64,000 nucleotides of DNA from a virus, in the IMG/VR virus record IMGVR_UViG_3300036761_001135, positions 32,001 to 96,000 of that record. One strand, written 5' to 3'. The position numbers and the translations under genes were made by a program. Each line of letters opens with the position of its first letter. Positions within the stretch are counted from its first letter, which is position 1. The notes beneath the pieces are model-generated. The model was not told the origin of the DNA. It saw only the letters and a program-made list of their open reading frames with translations, and searched no databases. Shown piece by piece: positions 37,833 to 48,273 of the stretch.

Positions 37833-38396
37833 ATGACCGCTCTTTACGGTCCCGAGTGTTGTCCGACCGAGTTGGCCTACCTTCGATCCCTGGAGGCAGA
37901 GCGCATCGCGTTATCGGGGCCGACCTGCGAGTATTACTCCTTGAACCGTGGGCGAAATGTGGACCCATTGTATGGCGAGCCGAACAACGATCCGCTGTAC
38001 GGTGGGCATGATCCGCGAGGGTCTGATCAGCACCATCCGACGTCGTGGAACTTCTCGCCACAAGTGACGAAGGGGGAAGCTCCGGTGATGTTCCCGTGCG
38101 CGGTGGAGTACCAGGAGGCGGAAGGTCGCCAGCCTTCCGTGCGCGAGGAGGGCAAGGTCGTCGAGTACGACGCGACTTGCTGCATCGCTCTGGACCACTG
38201 GGAGGGGGCCTTGAAGGGGCGGACATTCGCGGGTCGCATACCCAAGGAGGGGGACGTGATCTACGTGTTCAACCTGTGGTGGGACGTCGTGAACGCGGGG
38301 TCGGCGGGGAACATCCTGGGGTCGGCGCAATTCGTGGGGTTCAAGTTGATGCTCAAGCGCCGGTCGAAGTTCGTACCGGAGCGCAAGGTAGGCTGA
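37833..38396 (+). CDS. head closure/neck protein (gp14-like)
   Basis: VDPLYGE, IPKEGDVI; position. Confidence 0.65.
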   Translation: MTALYGPECCPTELAYLRSLEAERIALSGPTCEYYSLNRGRNVDPLYGEPNNDPLYGGHDPRGSDQHHPTSWNFSPQVTKGEAPVMFPCAVEYQEAEGRQPSVREEGKVVEYDATCCIALDHWEGALKGRTFAGRIPKEGDVIYVFNLWWDVVNAGSAGNILGSAQFVGFKLMLKRRSKFVPERKVG

Positions 38397-38412
38397 TTGC
38401 TGCATCATAGGG

Positions 38413-38790
38413 GTGGCCATGTTGAACGAGAAGATCATAAAGCTGGAAATTGAGAACGGGTTGAGCGCTGTGTGCGCGTGGTGCGAGCATCACTGGGCTA
38501 CGTTGCGCGAGGGCGCGACGCCTGGCTGTCAGCAGAAGGATTGCGGTGGGCCTTTAAAGGGTCGGGCGTTCCCTTTCTATAAGGGGCCTAGACCTAATCT
38601 GGCATCGTACTGTTTTATCTGTGGCAATGACGCGGATTTGTCTGTTGAGTTCAGTGGACGAGGGCATGTTGGATGCTGTGCAATTCACGAGGTGCAGTTG
38701 CGAAAGATGTTGAGCCGGTCTGGTCATCCGGTGGTGGTTCGAGAGCGGATTGTGCCGGTGGTTGCCGCGCCTGTGGATTCTGAAGGATGA
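38413..38790 (+). CDS. Cys-rich hypothetical protein
   Basis: CxxC motifs. Confidence 0.55.
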   Translation: MAMLNEKIIKLEIENGLSAVCAWCEHHWATLREGATPGCQQKDCGGPLKGRAFPFYKGPRPNLASYCFICGNDADLSVEFSGRGHVGCCAIHEVQLRKMLSRSGHPVVVRERIVPVVAAPVDSEG

Positions 38791-39650
38791 AGAAGCTGCG
38801 CTTTAGCCGTCCGCCTTTATCGACGATGTCTCCGACCCCAACTTTTTACAACCTGTCTCAGACCGTCGAGACGTACAACAACGTCGTCGCCAAGCTTCCA
38901 CAGCGTGTCGAGCGCGGGAGGTTTCTCTTTCTGGCGATGATGGCTGGATTCCTACGGGAACGCATTCGGAGGAGATCTCCGAAGGTGATGATAAACGGAC
39001 AGGAACGCGAGTACGCTGAGGACTTGAGGCTGGCTGTGGTGTCTGGGGCTCCTGACGGCATGGACATCTTGGCGATCTATTTCGACAGCGAGACAGAGAC
39101 GTTGACAGAGGAGACATCTGGGAAGACGGCGTTGTACATTCTTCCGCATCGCACGTCGCCCGAGTGGGTGAGCGTGCTCACGAGATGGGGGCCATGGCCA
39201 GCAGAGATATTGCCTGTGGCGTTGGAATCCAGGCATGCGAAGGTGGTATCCAGGAAGGGGAGGCCGGACGAGATGCGCGCTTTGAAGGCGAGACTGGGTC
39301 GCCGGCGTGCTGAGATCTTGAGAGAGCTGGAAGAAGCGGGTGCGGAAAATCCTCGCATGGAGAGCACCATGCACGGTGTTGGGATGGTAGTGCGACAGGA
39401 TATTTCTCACGCGGTTTTGCGTCGTGAATTTGGGATGGATGGTGCGGAGCCAAGGGCGCATTGGCGTCCGGCTTTGCGCGAGGTTGTGGAGGCAGTGCCG
39501 GCGGCCATGGATAGATTCAATCGCTATATAATCTCGGGGAAGGAGAATGCGTTCTTGTTGCCAGACATAGGGGATCATATTACGATAAGTCAGTTGCAGG
39601 ATGGCGTGTCGTTTATGGGAGAGATCGCGCCGTTCGTGCCAAAACGCTGA
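38787..39650 (+). CDS. putative neck/tail-joining protein
   Basis: EFG..PRAHWRPA motif; position. Confidence 0.55.
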   Translation: MKKLRFSRPPLSTMSPTPTFYNLSQTVETYNNVVAKLPQRVERGRFLFLAMMAGFLRERIRRRSPKVMINGQEREYAEDLRLAVVSGAPDGMDILAIYFDSETETLTEETSGKTALYILPHRTSPEWVSVLTRWGPWPAEILPVALESRHAKVVSRKGRPDEMRALKARLGRRRAEILRELEEAGAENPRMESTMHGVGMVVRQDISHAVLRREFGMDGAEPRAHWRPALREVVEAVPAAMDRFNRYIISGKENAFLLPDIGDHITISQLQDGVSFMGEIAPFVPKR

Positions 39651-39663
39651 AGGAGATGCACAG

Positions 39664-39843
39664 ATGACTCATGGGATGGACAAGTTGACGGCATTGAATC
39701 ACACACTGGGCGATGTGGAGAACGAATTGCTACGGCGGCGGGTAGACCAAATGGACGTATCTCTGAGCCATGCCGTGGACGTGATCGATCAACTCGCGGC
39801 GGATGGCCATGTGGAGATCTGTCCGTGTGACGAAGAGGACTAG
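39664..39843 (+). CDS. hypothetical protein
   Basis: AGGAG RBS. Confidence 0.5.
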   Translation: MTHGMDKLTALNHTLGDVENELLRRRVDQMDVSLSHAVDVIDQLAADGHVEICPCDEED

Positions 39844-39850
39844 GGATAGC

Positions 39851-39870
39851 AGGCGAACCCAGGTTCGCGT
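39851..39870. promoter_or_regulatory. palindrome copy 8 (intergenic)
   Basis: AGGCGAACCCAGGTTCGCGT abutting RBS. Confidence 0.8.
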
Positions 39871-39881
39871 GAGGTGGCTGT

Positions 39882-40568
39882 GTGACGATTATTGGCACCG
39901 TTAGTTTGCGCGATTGGGATGCTGGAATCCCGTTGACGCTGGAAGCCGAGATCGCCACCTATCCTGTGGACGGGGAAGACAGACCAATTCATGTGATACG
40001 AATTCCTGGGGTGGATTCGGAGCTGGCCCACCTGGACGGGCGCGTGCCGGTTTTGTTTCACACACCAGAGGACGCCTACCAGGACTTCTTGCTGCCCTGC
40101 ATTACCGTCAAGCGCAACGACATGACCCCCGCGTTCGACAGGCACCCCTGGTACACCTGGGTGGCGCGTGGTCCTGCCAAAGGGGCGAAGGTGGTCGTGT
40201 TGCCGGACGGTAGGCGCGGATACGACCGCTATGAGAACCAATGGAGGGCCACCCAATTCGATATCACATATGACGTGCAGGTGATGGCGCGGCGGCAGGC
40301 GGAGTCGAACCCCATGCTGCAATATGTGTTGCGCCATTTTTTGCCGCCGTCGTTCATTTTCAAGGTTGTTGACAGTATAGGGGATGTGCGGGAATATGAC
40401 GCTGTAGATGTTAGTGTTTCGGAAACGTCGGAGCTGGCCGACATTGGTGACAGGACGGTGGGATGGACCATCTCTTTCACAGTGCGCGCGGAAATCGACC
40501 TCCACGACCCTGTGGAGGCACCTGCCGTTCAATCTGTGGATGTGACTTACGCGAGATACCGTCCGTGA
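39882..40568 (+). CDS. tail completion/terminator-like protein
   Basis: LPCITV, FDITYDVQV, ISFTVRAEID; upstream of sheath. Confidence 0.65.
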   Translation: MTIIGTVSLRDWDAGIPLTLEAEIATYPVDGEDRPIHVIRIPGVDSELAHLDGRVPVLFHTPEDAYQDFLLPCITVKRNDMTPAFDRHPWYTWVARGPAKGAKVVVLPDGRRGYDRYENQWRATQFDITYDVQVMARRQAESNPMLQYVLRHFLPPSFIFKVVDSIGDVREYDAVDVSVSETSELADIGDRTVGWTISFTVRAEIDLHDPVEAPAVQSVDVTYARYRP

Positions 40569-40578
40569 GGAGGCGCTA

Positions 40579-41031
40579 GTGGCGTGGTATTATTTTTCTG
40601 GTAACGTCGTGAAGTCGATTCCGGTATCGCGCACCAAATCCGTAGCTGTGCGGCCACATTCCAAGGTCGAGATTTTAGAGGTTACGCAGGAAGTGCAAGC
40701 GATGCTCAGTGCTGGCATCCTGAAGCGCACGGGCAAGCCGCTGGGTTCCGTGTCGATGGAGGATGCCCCCCCTGTGCCGCGCGTGCATTTGCGAGATGTG
40801 CTTCCCCCATCTTCTTTGGCCCAGAACTTTGCTGAGAAAGGCGTGACATCGTCCGCGACGATGCCGCCTCGCAAGCCGTTGGGGTCTCCTGAATTCACCG
40901 TGCATGAGTTGTCGGTGGAGGGGGTTATTGTTGCGCCCGAGAGCAGGGGCGAAGATGCTGCCGTGTTGCCGGTTGAAGAAGTTGTCGAGGACAATGAGCG
41001 CGCGAAGTCGAAACGGCGGCGCGGCCAGTAG
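40579..41031 (+). CDS. hypothetical protein
   Basis: GGAGG RBS with GTG start. Confidence 0.6.
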   Translation: MAWYYFSGNVVKSIPVSRTKSVAVRPHSKVEILEVTQEVQAMLSAGILKRTGKPLGSVSMEDAPPVPRVHLRDVLPPSSLAQNFAEKGVTSSATMPPRKPLGSPEFTVHELSVEGVIVAPESRGEDAAVLPVEEVVEDNERAKSKRRRGQ

Positions 41032-41061
41032 GCCGGGCTTGCGGACAACACGGAGCAGATC

Positions 41062-44000
41062 ATGGAATTCACCTATCCGGGCGTCTATATCAAAGAGATT
41101 CCGAGCGGTCCGGGGCCGATCACTGGCGTTACGACGTCCAACATGGGGCTCATTGGGTTTACCACCCGAGGGCCTGTCGATCAGCCTGTCCTGGTAACAA
41201 GCTTCCAGGAGTTCACAACGAAGTTTGGCACTTTCACGGAGAAGGGTCTTGCGCCGACCATGGCGTATGCCTTCTTCCAGAACAGTGGCCAGCGCATGTA
41301 CATGGTGCGCGTATGCCATGACGACGCTGCGAAGTCCCTGTGGGATTACGAGATCGATCAGACCGGCGAGATTCTTGGAATCACGGCGGTCCCGAGCGGA
41401 CTGTACGATCTCCAACTCGACCACATGCCTGTCAAGGAGACCGTCCCTGGCAGCGTGACGATCACCTTCCCGAACGCGTCGGTCCCTGGAAACACCAACG
41501 TGTTTCGGGATGACGGAGCCGGATCTTTCGTTTCGGTTGGCGCGGGATCTGGTGGCTCTGGGTCCATCGACTACGTGACCGGCGAGGTGTCGATCCAGTT
41601 GGCGGTTCCCGGTGAGTTCACCGGAGCGCCGAACTCGATCACGGCGGCTTACACGTATCGCGTCTTGCGCTTCGAGATGAAGTGGCCGGGCGTGGTCGGC
41701 GACAACTTCCGCGTGCAACTCCAGAACGGCAGCGACGACTACATGGTCTCCGCACAGGCCAGGTGGACGCGGCATACCGCAGTTGTGCAGGAAGACCTAA
41801 ACGGCGATCCGCTGAATCGATCCTGGTCCACGTTGGAGACATTCGCGGACGTGGTGCTCGACGATCCGACCAGCAAGAACTACATCGTGCTCGTCATGAA
41901 CGATGCGATCAACGGGTCGCAGTACGTTCGCGTCACGGACTACGGCAATCAGATCAATCCGCCGGAGCTGGCAGGCGATGCCATCACGGGCGAGGATCTC
42001 TCGTCGATGCAGCAGCACAGCGATGGATCTGGCACCGTGCCGGCCGCTTACGACGGTGTTTGGAAGGGCTGGAAGTACATCCTCGCCAACGAGGTATCTC
42101 CGACCACGTTGAAGGCGGAGTTCCAATTCGTCGAGGGCAATCCGTCGAGCCCTGGAGGCCCGCTGGCGCTGTCCATCGGAATTGGCGCGAGCCCGGCTTC
42201 GGCGGTTCCGATCCTCACCTGGCAGCAGGCGGCGGTGGATGCGAACAGCGTCCAAATCACCTGCACGCTGACGGGAGCGGGAGCCACCACGTTGACCGAC
42301 GACGGTGCTTCGCACATCATGTCCGGCGCGACCCAGGTCGGCACGGTGAACTACACGACCGGAGCCATCGTTCTCGACATCACGCCCATGGCGGACACCT
42401 TCGTGGCGAACAGCCCGCTGCTTCTGGATTGCGTCTATGCGCAGCCTGTGACGGTGGGAGACGACGGACAGGGCAATGCGTACATCGTCGATCCGGCGTT
42501 GCTGACCCCGCCGCTCGTTGGCGTCCCCGGGAAGTTCCAACTCAACGCCTCTGGCACGAACACCATCGACTATGACTCGGGCGAGCTGACTCTCACCTGG
42601 AAGATTTCCGGGAATCCCGGTGCTGGTCCTTGCGGCGTGGCGACCTCGCCCACGGCAGCGGCCAAGGTCGGCGCAGTTGGCCCCTACAACCTGAACACGG
42701 GCAACTCCTTCTCGGTCAAGGTGAACGGTGCTGGCGCGGTGGCGGTGGCCTTCACGGGCACGAAGGCGACTCGGGTTGGCGGTGCGGTGTTCCCGATTGT
42801 CGCCACGACGGGCGGCGAGAACTGCACCATCGTGATCGACGGAAACTCCTACGTAGTCACGGCGGGCGCGGGACTCACGCTGGCCCTGGAGATCGCCAAC
42901 CTAATCAACGGCGTGATCTCCGGCGGTAGCGCGGTGGAGACCGGCGGCGGCACGGGCGTGGATATCAAGTCCGACAGCGCGGGCACGGGATCGTCGGTGC
43001 AGATCATCGCGGGGTCTCCGAACCTGGCGACGCTCATCGGGCATACGGCGGGCACCACGGCTGGCACGGGCAACGTGGCCAACATCGACGCGGTGTTGAA
43101 CACAGAGGTGAAGGCGGCGGTGGAGCTGGCGACCACGGCGGACGTGACGGCCAACATCGACGGGTCGTTCACGATCACGTCTCCGACCACAGGCGTTCTT
43201 TCCGAGCTGGACTTCACGGTGGGCCTGACGGCGTTGGGCATCACGGTAGAGACCATCAACGGAACGGACGGCTTTGGTGGCGGCCAGACGGCGGACTACT
43301 ACACCGTTCCACAGAGCAGCATCTTGGGCCTGCTTGATGGCGGATCGGACGGCAGCGCCACGGATTCGGACGACATCGTGAGCCCGCTACTCGCGGCGGA
43401 CATGCGAGCCCTGTACAGCTTTGGCCAGGTGGATGAGTTGATGCAGCTTGTGGCTGCGGATTTCCAGACGGATACCTACGTCATCGACACCTTGCTCACC
43501 TACGCCGAGTTGATGAAGGACAAGTTCGTCATCGGGTCGGTGCCATTTGGCATGGAGTACCAGACGGCTGTGACCTGGAAGCGGTTCACCTTGAATCGCT
43601 ACTCCAGCTTTGGAGCGATCTACTACCCCCACGTCAAGATCCGCGACCCGCTCACGGGCACCAACGTAGACGTGCCACCGGGCGGCCACGTTGCGGGCGT
43701 CTATGCTCGCACCGATGCGGCGAAGAACGTGGGCAAGGCTCCGGCGGGCATCGAGGACGGGGCGCTGGCATGGGCCACGGGCCTGGAGTACACGTTGACT
43801 CCTGCGCAGGTGGGCGTGTTGAACGAGAACAAGATCAACTGCCTTGTGCAGTGGCCGCAGACGGGACGTGTGGTTTGGGGCGCGCGGTCACTGGATGCTT
43901 CCGGCGGTGAGTGGCCGTACCTCCAGATGCGGCGCTTGTTCATGTTCGTGGAGAAGAGCGTCTTCAAATCGACACACGTTCATGTCTTCAAGAACAACGG

Positions 44001-44235
44001 GCCACAACTTTGGAACGACATCAGTACGCAGTTGGTGACGTTCTTGGCTGGCCTCCAGCAGGGCGGCTACTTCGCGGGGAATACCCCGGAGGAATCGTTC
44101 TTTGTGGTGTGCAATCGCACCAACAACCCGCAGAACACGGTCGATCAGGGCATCGTGTACTGCGACGTTGGCATCGCAGCGAACAAGCCGGCGGAATTCT
44201 TGGTCTTCAGGTTCTCACAAAAAAGTTTGAAGTAA
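41062..44235 (+). CDS. tail sheath protein
   Basis: YPGVYIKE, FFQNSG, YYPH, PPGGHVAG, KAPAG, VWGARSL, RRL, KPAEF. Confidence 0.95.
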   Translation: MEFTYPGVYIKEIPSGPGPITGVTTSNMGLIGFTTRGPVDQPVLVTSFQEFTTKFGTFTEKGLAPTMAYAFFQNSGQRMYMVRVCHDDAAKSLWDYEIDQTGEILGITAVPSGLYDLQLDHMPVKETVPGSVTITFPNASVPGNTNVFRDDGAGSFVSVGAGSGGSGSIDYVTGEVSIQLAVPGEFTGAPNSITAAYTYRVLRFEMKWPGVVGDNFRVQLQNGSDDYMVSAQARWTRHTAVVQEDLNGDPLNRSWSTLETFADVVLDDPTSKNYIVLVMNDAINGSQYVRVTDYGNQINPPELAGDAITGEDLSSMQQHSDGSGTVPAAYDGVWKGWKYILANEVSPTTLKAEFQFVEGNPSSPGGPLALSIGIGASPASAVPILTWQQAAVDANSVQITCTLTGAGATTLTDDGASHIMSGATQVGTVNYTTGAIVLDITPMADTFVANSPLLLDCVYAQPVTVGDDGQGNAYIVDPALLTPPLVGVPGKFQLNASGTNTIDYDSGELTLTWKISGNPGAGPCGVATSPTAAAKVGAVGPYNLNTGNSFSVKVNGAGAVAVAFTGTKATRVGGAVFPIVATTGGENCTIVIDGNSYVVTAGAGLTLALEIANLINGVISGGSAVETGGGTGVDIKSDSAGTGSSVQIIAGSPNLATLIGHTAGTTAGTGNVANIDAVLNTEVKAAVELATTADVTANIDGSFTITSPTTGVLSELDFTVGLTALGITVETINGTDGFGGGQTADYYTVPQSSILGLLDGGSDGSATDSDDIVSPLLAADMRALYSFGQVDELMQLVAADFQTDTYVIDTLLTYAELMKDKFVIGSVPFGMEYQTAVTWKRFTLNRYSSFGAIYYPHVKIRDPLTGTNVDVPPGGHVAGVYARTDAAKNVGKAPAGIEDGALAWATGLEYTLTPAQVGVLNENKINCLVQWPQTGRVVWGARSLDASGGEWPYLQMRRLFMFVEKSVFKSTHVHVFKNNGPQLWNDISTQLVTFLAGLQQGGYFAGNTPEESFFVVCNRTNNPQNTVDQGIVYCDVGIAANKPAEFLVFRFSQKSLK

Positions 44236-44258
44236 ATCAACAGGTTAGGAGCGAAAAT

Positions 44259-44750
44259 ATGAGCGAGATTCGTCGAATCCCCCAAGTCCTGTTGCAGGCT
44301 GTGAACAATGGCGGCAGCGTCAGTGGTGTGGCCCCCGGCGGAGGGGCGATGGTGGACAGCGGCGAGACTCTGTTCAGCGGGCAGTACCGCAAGTGGACCG
44401 CCTGTGCGGTGGCTGGGTTGTTCCAACTGCCGGCCGTGTTGAATTATGGTTGGCGGTTGGAGCGCTTGGTATGGAGCCTGCCGGGCGTAGGCGGGATCAA
44501 GGTCAACCTGATCGATGATGATGCCGTGTCCTACGAACTGGCCGCGATCACGGCGGTGGCGGGCCAGTACACCCCGCAGGAGAACGGCGGGTTGCTCGTG
44601 CTTCCTGGGTGGGCGATTCAGGTGGTTGGCACGAACGCCCTGTCGGGCGCGGGCCGGCTGGTCGCGTTCGCGTCGTCGGGTTGGCGGACGGACGCATTTG
44701 AAGTCAAAGTGTTGGGCGAGGGCTTGCTCCCTCCGCCTAAGCAGCCGTAG
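44259..44750 (+). CDS. hypothetical virion protein
   Basis: AGGAG RBS; between sheath and tube. Confidence 0.6.
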   Translation: MSEIRRIPQVLLQAVNNGGSVSGVAPGGGAMVDSGETLFSGQYRKWTACAVAGLFQLPAVLNYGWRLERLVWSLPGVGGIKVNLIDDDAVSYELAAITAVAGQYTPQENGGLLVLPGWAIQVVGTNALSGAGRLVAFASSGWRTDAFEVKVLGEGLLPPPKQP

Positions 44751-44768
44751 GGCGGCGAGGAGAATACG

Positions 44769-45308
44769 ATGCGCGCAGCAGTAGACGATCTGATGCAGGG
44801 ATTCCGATTCCACGTCCGTGGCAAGAACCGCGATGGCAAGGATCTTCTCCAGCCTGGGTTCATCCGTGGTGCGGAAGGCGGCGAGCCGTTCGAGGGCGGG
44901 GCAGAGGCAGGGTTCCAGAGCGTGACCTTGCCCGAGCTGTCGTTGGAGCCGGTGGAGTACCGTGAGGGCACCTTCACCTGGACGCAGAAGTACCCTGGCC
45001 CCCCGACCGTGAGCGACTGCACGCTGATGCGCGGCATCGCCAAGAAGGACACCGCGTTCTTCGACTGGGTTTACGGGGCAGTGACGGGCGTCGAGTACCG
45101 CATGGACGTCACGATCTGGCATTACCAGAGGGCAGAGATGGGCAGCGCATCGAAGTCGGCGACCAGTACCGACATGCGGCGGGTACTTTGCCACAACTGC
45201 GCTCCGACGCGGGCCAAGCCGGCGGCGGATTTCGATTCGATGTCTGGCGAGGTATCGCTGGCCGAGGTGGACTTCGCGTTGGAGAGCTTCGAACTGCTGA
45301 CCAAATAG
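44769..45308 (+). CDS. tail tube protein (gp19-like) 1
   Basis: GFQSVTLPE, EYREG, KYPG, TLMRG, FFDW. Confidence 0.85.
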   Translation: MRAAVDDLMQGFRFHVRGKNRDGKDLLQPGFIRGAEGGEPFEGGAEAGFQSVTLPELSLEPVEYREGTFTWTQKYPGPPTVSDCTLMRGIAKKDTAFFDWVYGAVTGVEYRMDVTIWHYQRAEMGSASKSATSTDMRRVLCHNCAPTRAKPAADFDSMSGEVSLAEVDFALESFELLTK

Positions 45309-45347
45309 AACACGAGGCGGCGGGCGAGGAGGCCGCGTGATACCCCC

Positions 45348-45911
45348 ATGCCGAGTCGCCATCCATTGGAAGATCTGCTTCAGTCCTACCGCTTTTGGCT
45401 GGTAGACATGATCCCTTCCTCGACGTTTCCGTTCTACGTGATGGGAGCCCCTATCATGGGATTCCAGTCGATCACGATGCCGGAGGTGACGCTTGAGGTG
45501 GACGAGATCAAGCAGGTCAATTCCATGTACAAGCGGTACGCCTACAGCGGCGGGAGTGTGGGACAGATCACGCTAACGCGAGGTGCGCGGGCGTATGACG
45601 ACACGTTCATGATGTGGGTAGAGCGGGCGATTCGTGGGTACGACATGGTGCCGCGCAACCTGCTGCTGTTGCAGTACACGAACATCAACGTGGCGAACGC
45701 CATGGGGGTGAGTGTGGACCTGCCCGTGGCCATTGAGGCGTGGGAGGTTGCGCAGTTCCTGCCGGGCCGAGCTTGGTTGCTGTGGGACGTGATACCGATC
45801 CGCTACAAGGCGGGGTCGGACCTGGACGCGATGACGGGGGATGTGAGCATTATGGAACTCGATGTGCAAGCTCACGCGGTGAACGAGTTCGCTTTACTAA
45901 GCGTGACGTGA
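45348..45911 (+). CDS. tail tube protein (gp19-like) 2
   Basis: GFQSITMPE, ITLTRG, IPIRYKAGSDLDA. Confidence 0.8.
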   Translation: MPSRHPLEDLLQSYRFWLVDMIPSSTFPFYVMGAPIMGFQSITMPEVTLEVDEIKQVNSMYKRYAYSGGSVGQITLTRGARAYDDTFMMWVERAIRGYDMVPRNLLLLQYTNINVANAMGVSVDLPVAIEAWEVAQFLPGRAWLLWDVIPIRYKAGSDLDAMTGDVSIMELDVQAHAVNEFALLSVT

Positions 45912-45921
45912 GGAGGACGTG

Positions 45922-47454
45922 ATGAGACGACTGATTAAGAGACTCAACCATCTGATGGCTTCCGCGAGAGAGATTCAATACGAGGGCAAGGGCGAGAAGG
46001 CGGCGGCGGAAGAAGCCAGGCGCATCGTCAATCTCCTTTCCGTCATGATGGAGCAGGCTGGGTACGAGATTGAGTATTCGTCGAAGGCCGACGAGTGGGT
46101 GGTGTGGGTCGATGGGAAGACCGGCGGTGCTGTGACGCTGTGGAAGAACCCCAAGGGCGACTGGCAGTTGATCAGCGGCGTGCCGGAGATGGCCAAGCTG
46201 AGCAAGAAGCCGTATTCGCACAAGATCGACTTGCTCCGCGATCCGAAGCGCAAGGAGAACCGGGAGGCGTTGCGGTCTGCGACCTTGATAGCCGGAAAGA
46301 TCATGGACAAGACGCGGGATGGGACGCTGACCACGGACTTCTCGCCCAAGTTTTCGACGGCGATACGGGCACGCAAGGACATGGTGGATCCTGGCGGGGC
46401 ATCGGCGATGGGCGAAGAGATGGCGTTTGACATGCACAAGCAGGCCAAGGCGCTGTACCTCAAGGGCTGGGACGAGCACCCGAGCCCGAATGGCAAGCGG
46501 ACGGCCTACGGGCGGACCTTCAAGTTGGGGTCAGTTGACGTGCCGCTGCGCATTATCCAGGAGGACGATGCGGGGAAGGCGTGGCGCGTAGACCGCAAGG
46601 GGCTGCCCACCTGGGAGGCGATGTTTGACGGCAAGGAGTTCAAGTCGGCGGCAGCGGCGGGGCAGGCTGTAGCCGGTTGGTGGAAGCAGGTCGAGGCGGC
46701 ATTCGAGAAGTTGACCAAGGATGGGTACAGAGCGCACGAGGCGGCCTTCAAGGCGCTGTCCAAGGTACGGGAAGAGGACGTGGCGCGGGAGGGGCGAGCG
46801 GAGCTGCCCGAGGCCGAGGAGATGCTCTACGTGGACCAGCAGGCGGGGTTGGCAGTGGGGCAGACCATCGAGCGGGACAACTTACGCATGCACCGCTTCA
46901 ATTCCAGCCTGCGCGTGACGGACGTCACCAATGCGGGGAAGCGTGGCAAGAAGTGTCCCGAGTTCGCCCTGTACAACCTGGACTACGGCCAGCGCGATCC
47001 CAAGGACGTGGCGAAGATCAACGAGGCTTTGAAGGCCATCGTGAAGGCGAAGACCTACGCGCAGGCGGTGGCCATCGCCCGTGGGGTAGCGGCGAAGGAT
47101 TCGCAGCGTGGGATGTCGTTTGCGAGTATTGAGGAGCGCGATCTTCGCGGGGTAGACGTGGAGCCCATGGCTCCGTCTGCTGGGTCCGCGATCCAAGTCG
47201 AGACGCCCACGTTCACGCTGAAGGCGTCGCGCACGGAGTTCGACGTGATGGAGAAGCCACGACCGGGCACGGACGGCCAGGACGTGACGGCGGTGATTCC
47301 GCCGGTGGGCGGCGCGAAGAAGACGGCGATTGCGCGGTTCTATGCGTGGGTGGGATCGCACCAGGCGGAGATCAAGGGCATGACGTTCCGGGAGCTGCTG
47401 CGGGCGATGGCGGCAGCGGATCTGGACTATCACGCTTTTAGCATGTTGGACTGA
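45922..47454 (+). CDS. leader-bearing putative internal head protein
   Basis: MRRLIKRL leader; AGGAGG RBS. Confidence 0.7.
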   Translation: MRRLIKRLNHLMASAREIQYEGKGEKAAAEEARRIVNLLSVMMEQAGYEIEYSSKADEWVVWVDGKTGGAVTLWKNPKGDWQLISGVPEMAKLSKKPYSHKIDLLRDPKRKENREALRSATLIAGKIMDKTRDGTLTTDFSPKFSTAIRARKDMVDPGGASAMGEEMAFDMHKQAKALYLKGWDEHPSPNGKRTAYGRTFKLGSVDVPLRIIQEDDAGKAWRVDRKGLPTWEAMFDGKEFKSAAAAGQAVAGWWKQVEAAFEKLTKDGYRAHEAAFKALSKVREEDVAREGRAELPEAEEMLYVDQQAGLAVGQTIERDNLRMHRFNSSLRVTDVTNAGKRGKKCPEFALYNLDYGQRDPKDVAKINEALKAIVKAKTYAQAVAIARGVAAKDSQRGMSFASIEERDLRGVDVEPMAPSAGSAIQVETPTFTLKASRTEFDVMEKPRPGTDGQDVTAVIPPVGGAKKTAIARFYAWVGSHQAEIKGMTFRELLRAMAAADLDYHAFSMLD

Positions 47455-47466
47455 AGGAGCACGGCC

Positions 47467-48243
47467 ATGACGACCATGAACGATCTGTTTGAGAGCATGG
47501 AGACTGCCCAGGATGAGGCGGAGTTCTTCGATGCGATCCTTGAGGCCGACGACGATCTCCTGGACGAGGTGTTCGACGAGGAAGACGTGGAGCGCCTGGA
47601 GATCTTTGCCCAGCTCATTGGTGCGGCAGAGGCCGGGGCGCTATCCGAAGACCAGGACGACATGTTGGAGGGTTTTCGGAGTTGGATGGCCAAGAAGAAG
47701 ACGCAGATTGCGGGCAAGCTGCCGCCGGGCGCGAAGATGGTGTTCGGCAAGATCGTGAAGGGCGGCAAGGTGGTGGGGGGAGCGGCCAAGAAGGCCGTGG
47801 CGGGGGCGCAGAAGGCGGTCCAGAAGGGTGTGGCGGCCAAGCGGGCGGTGCAGGGCGCGGCGTATCGGTTCACGGACGCGGGCAAGAAGGCCCATGCGGC
47901 GGCGAAGAAGGTGGCGGACACCAAGGGGCGCAAGGCGGGGGACGCGGCGTGGAAGGCTTCCAGGGAAACCTACAAGAAGCACATCAAGGGTGGCGAGAGC
48001 CATACCTATGCCACGGCGCAGGCGCAGAAGGCTGCGTCCCGATTCGGCGGGGAAAAGTCGAAGGCGAAGGCCAAGCCGACCGCTCCTGTGGAGGTCGAAA
48101 AACCCAAGCCGAAGGCTGGGAAGGGCACTCGGAAGAAGACGTCGGTTGCTCCACCCCCTGCGGCAGAGGCACCAGTGAAGAAGACGCGGAAGCGCAAGCC
48201 GAAGATGGAAGACGTGTTTGCCTATGTGCAGGCCGAAGCATAG
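47467..48243 (+). CDS. leader-bearing Lys/Ala-rich protein
   Basis: MTTMNDLFE leader, acidic N-terminus, K/A-rich C-terminus. Confidence 0.75.
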   Translation: MTTMNDLFESMETAQDEAEFFDAILEADDDLLDEVFDEEDVERLEIFAQLIGAAEAGALSEDQDDMLEGFRSWMAKKKTQIAGKLPPGAKMVFGKIVKGGKVVGGAAKKAVAGAQKAVQKGVAAKRAVQGAAYRFTDAGKKAHAAAKKVADTKGRKAGDAAWKASRETYKKHIKGGESHTYATAQAQKAASRFGGEKSKAKAKPTAPVEVEKPKPKAGKGTRKKTSVAPPPAAEAPVKKTRKRKPKMEDVFAYVQAEA

Positions 48244-48263
48244 ACGCGAACCTGGGTTCGCCT
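48244..48263. promoter_or_regulatory. palindrome copy 9 (intergenic)
   Basis: ACGCGAACCTGGGTTCGCCT. Confidence 0.8.
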
Positions 48264-48273
48264 GGAGGATGAT

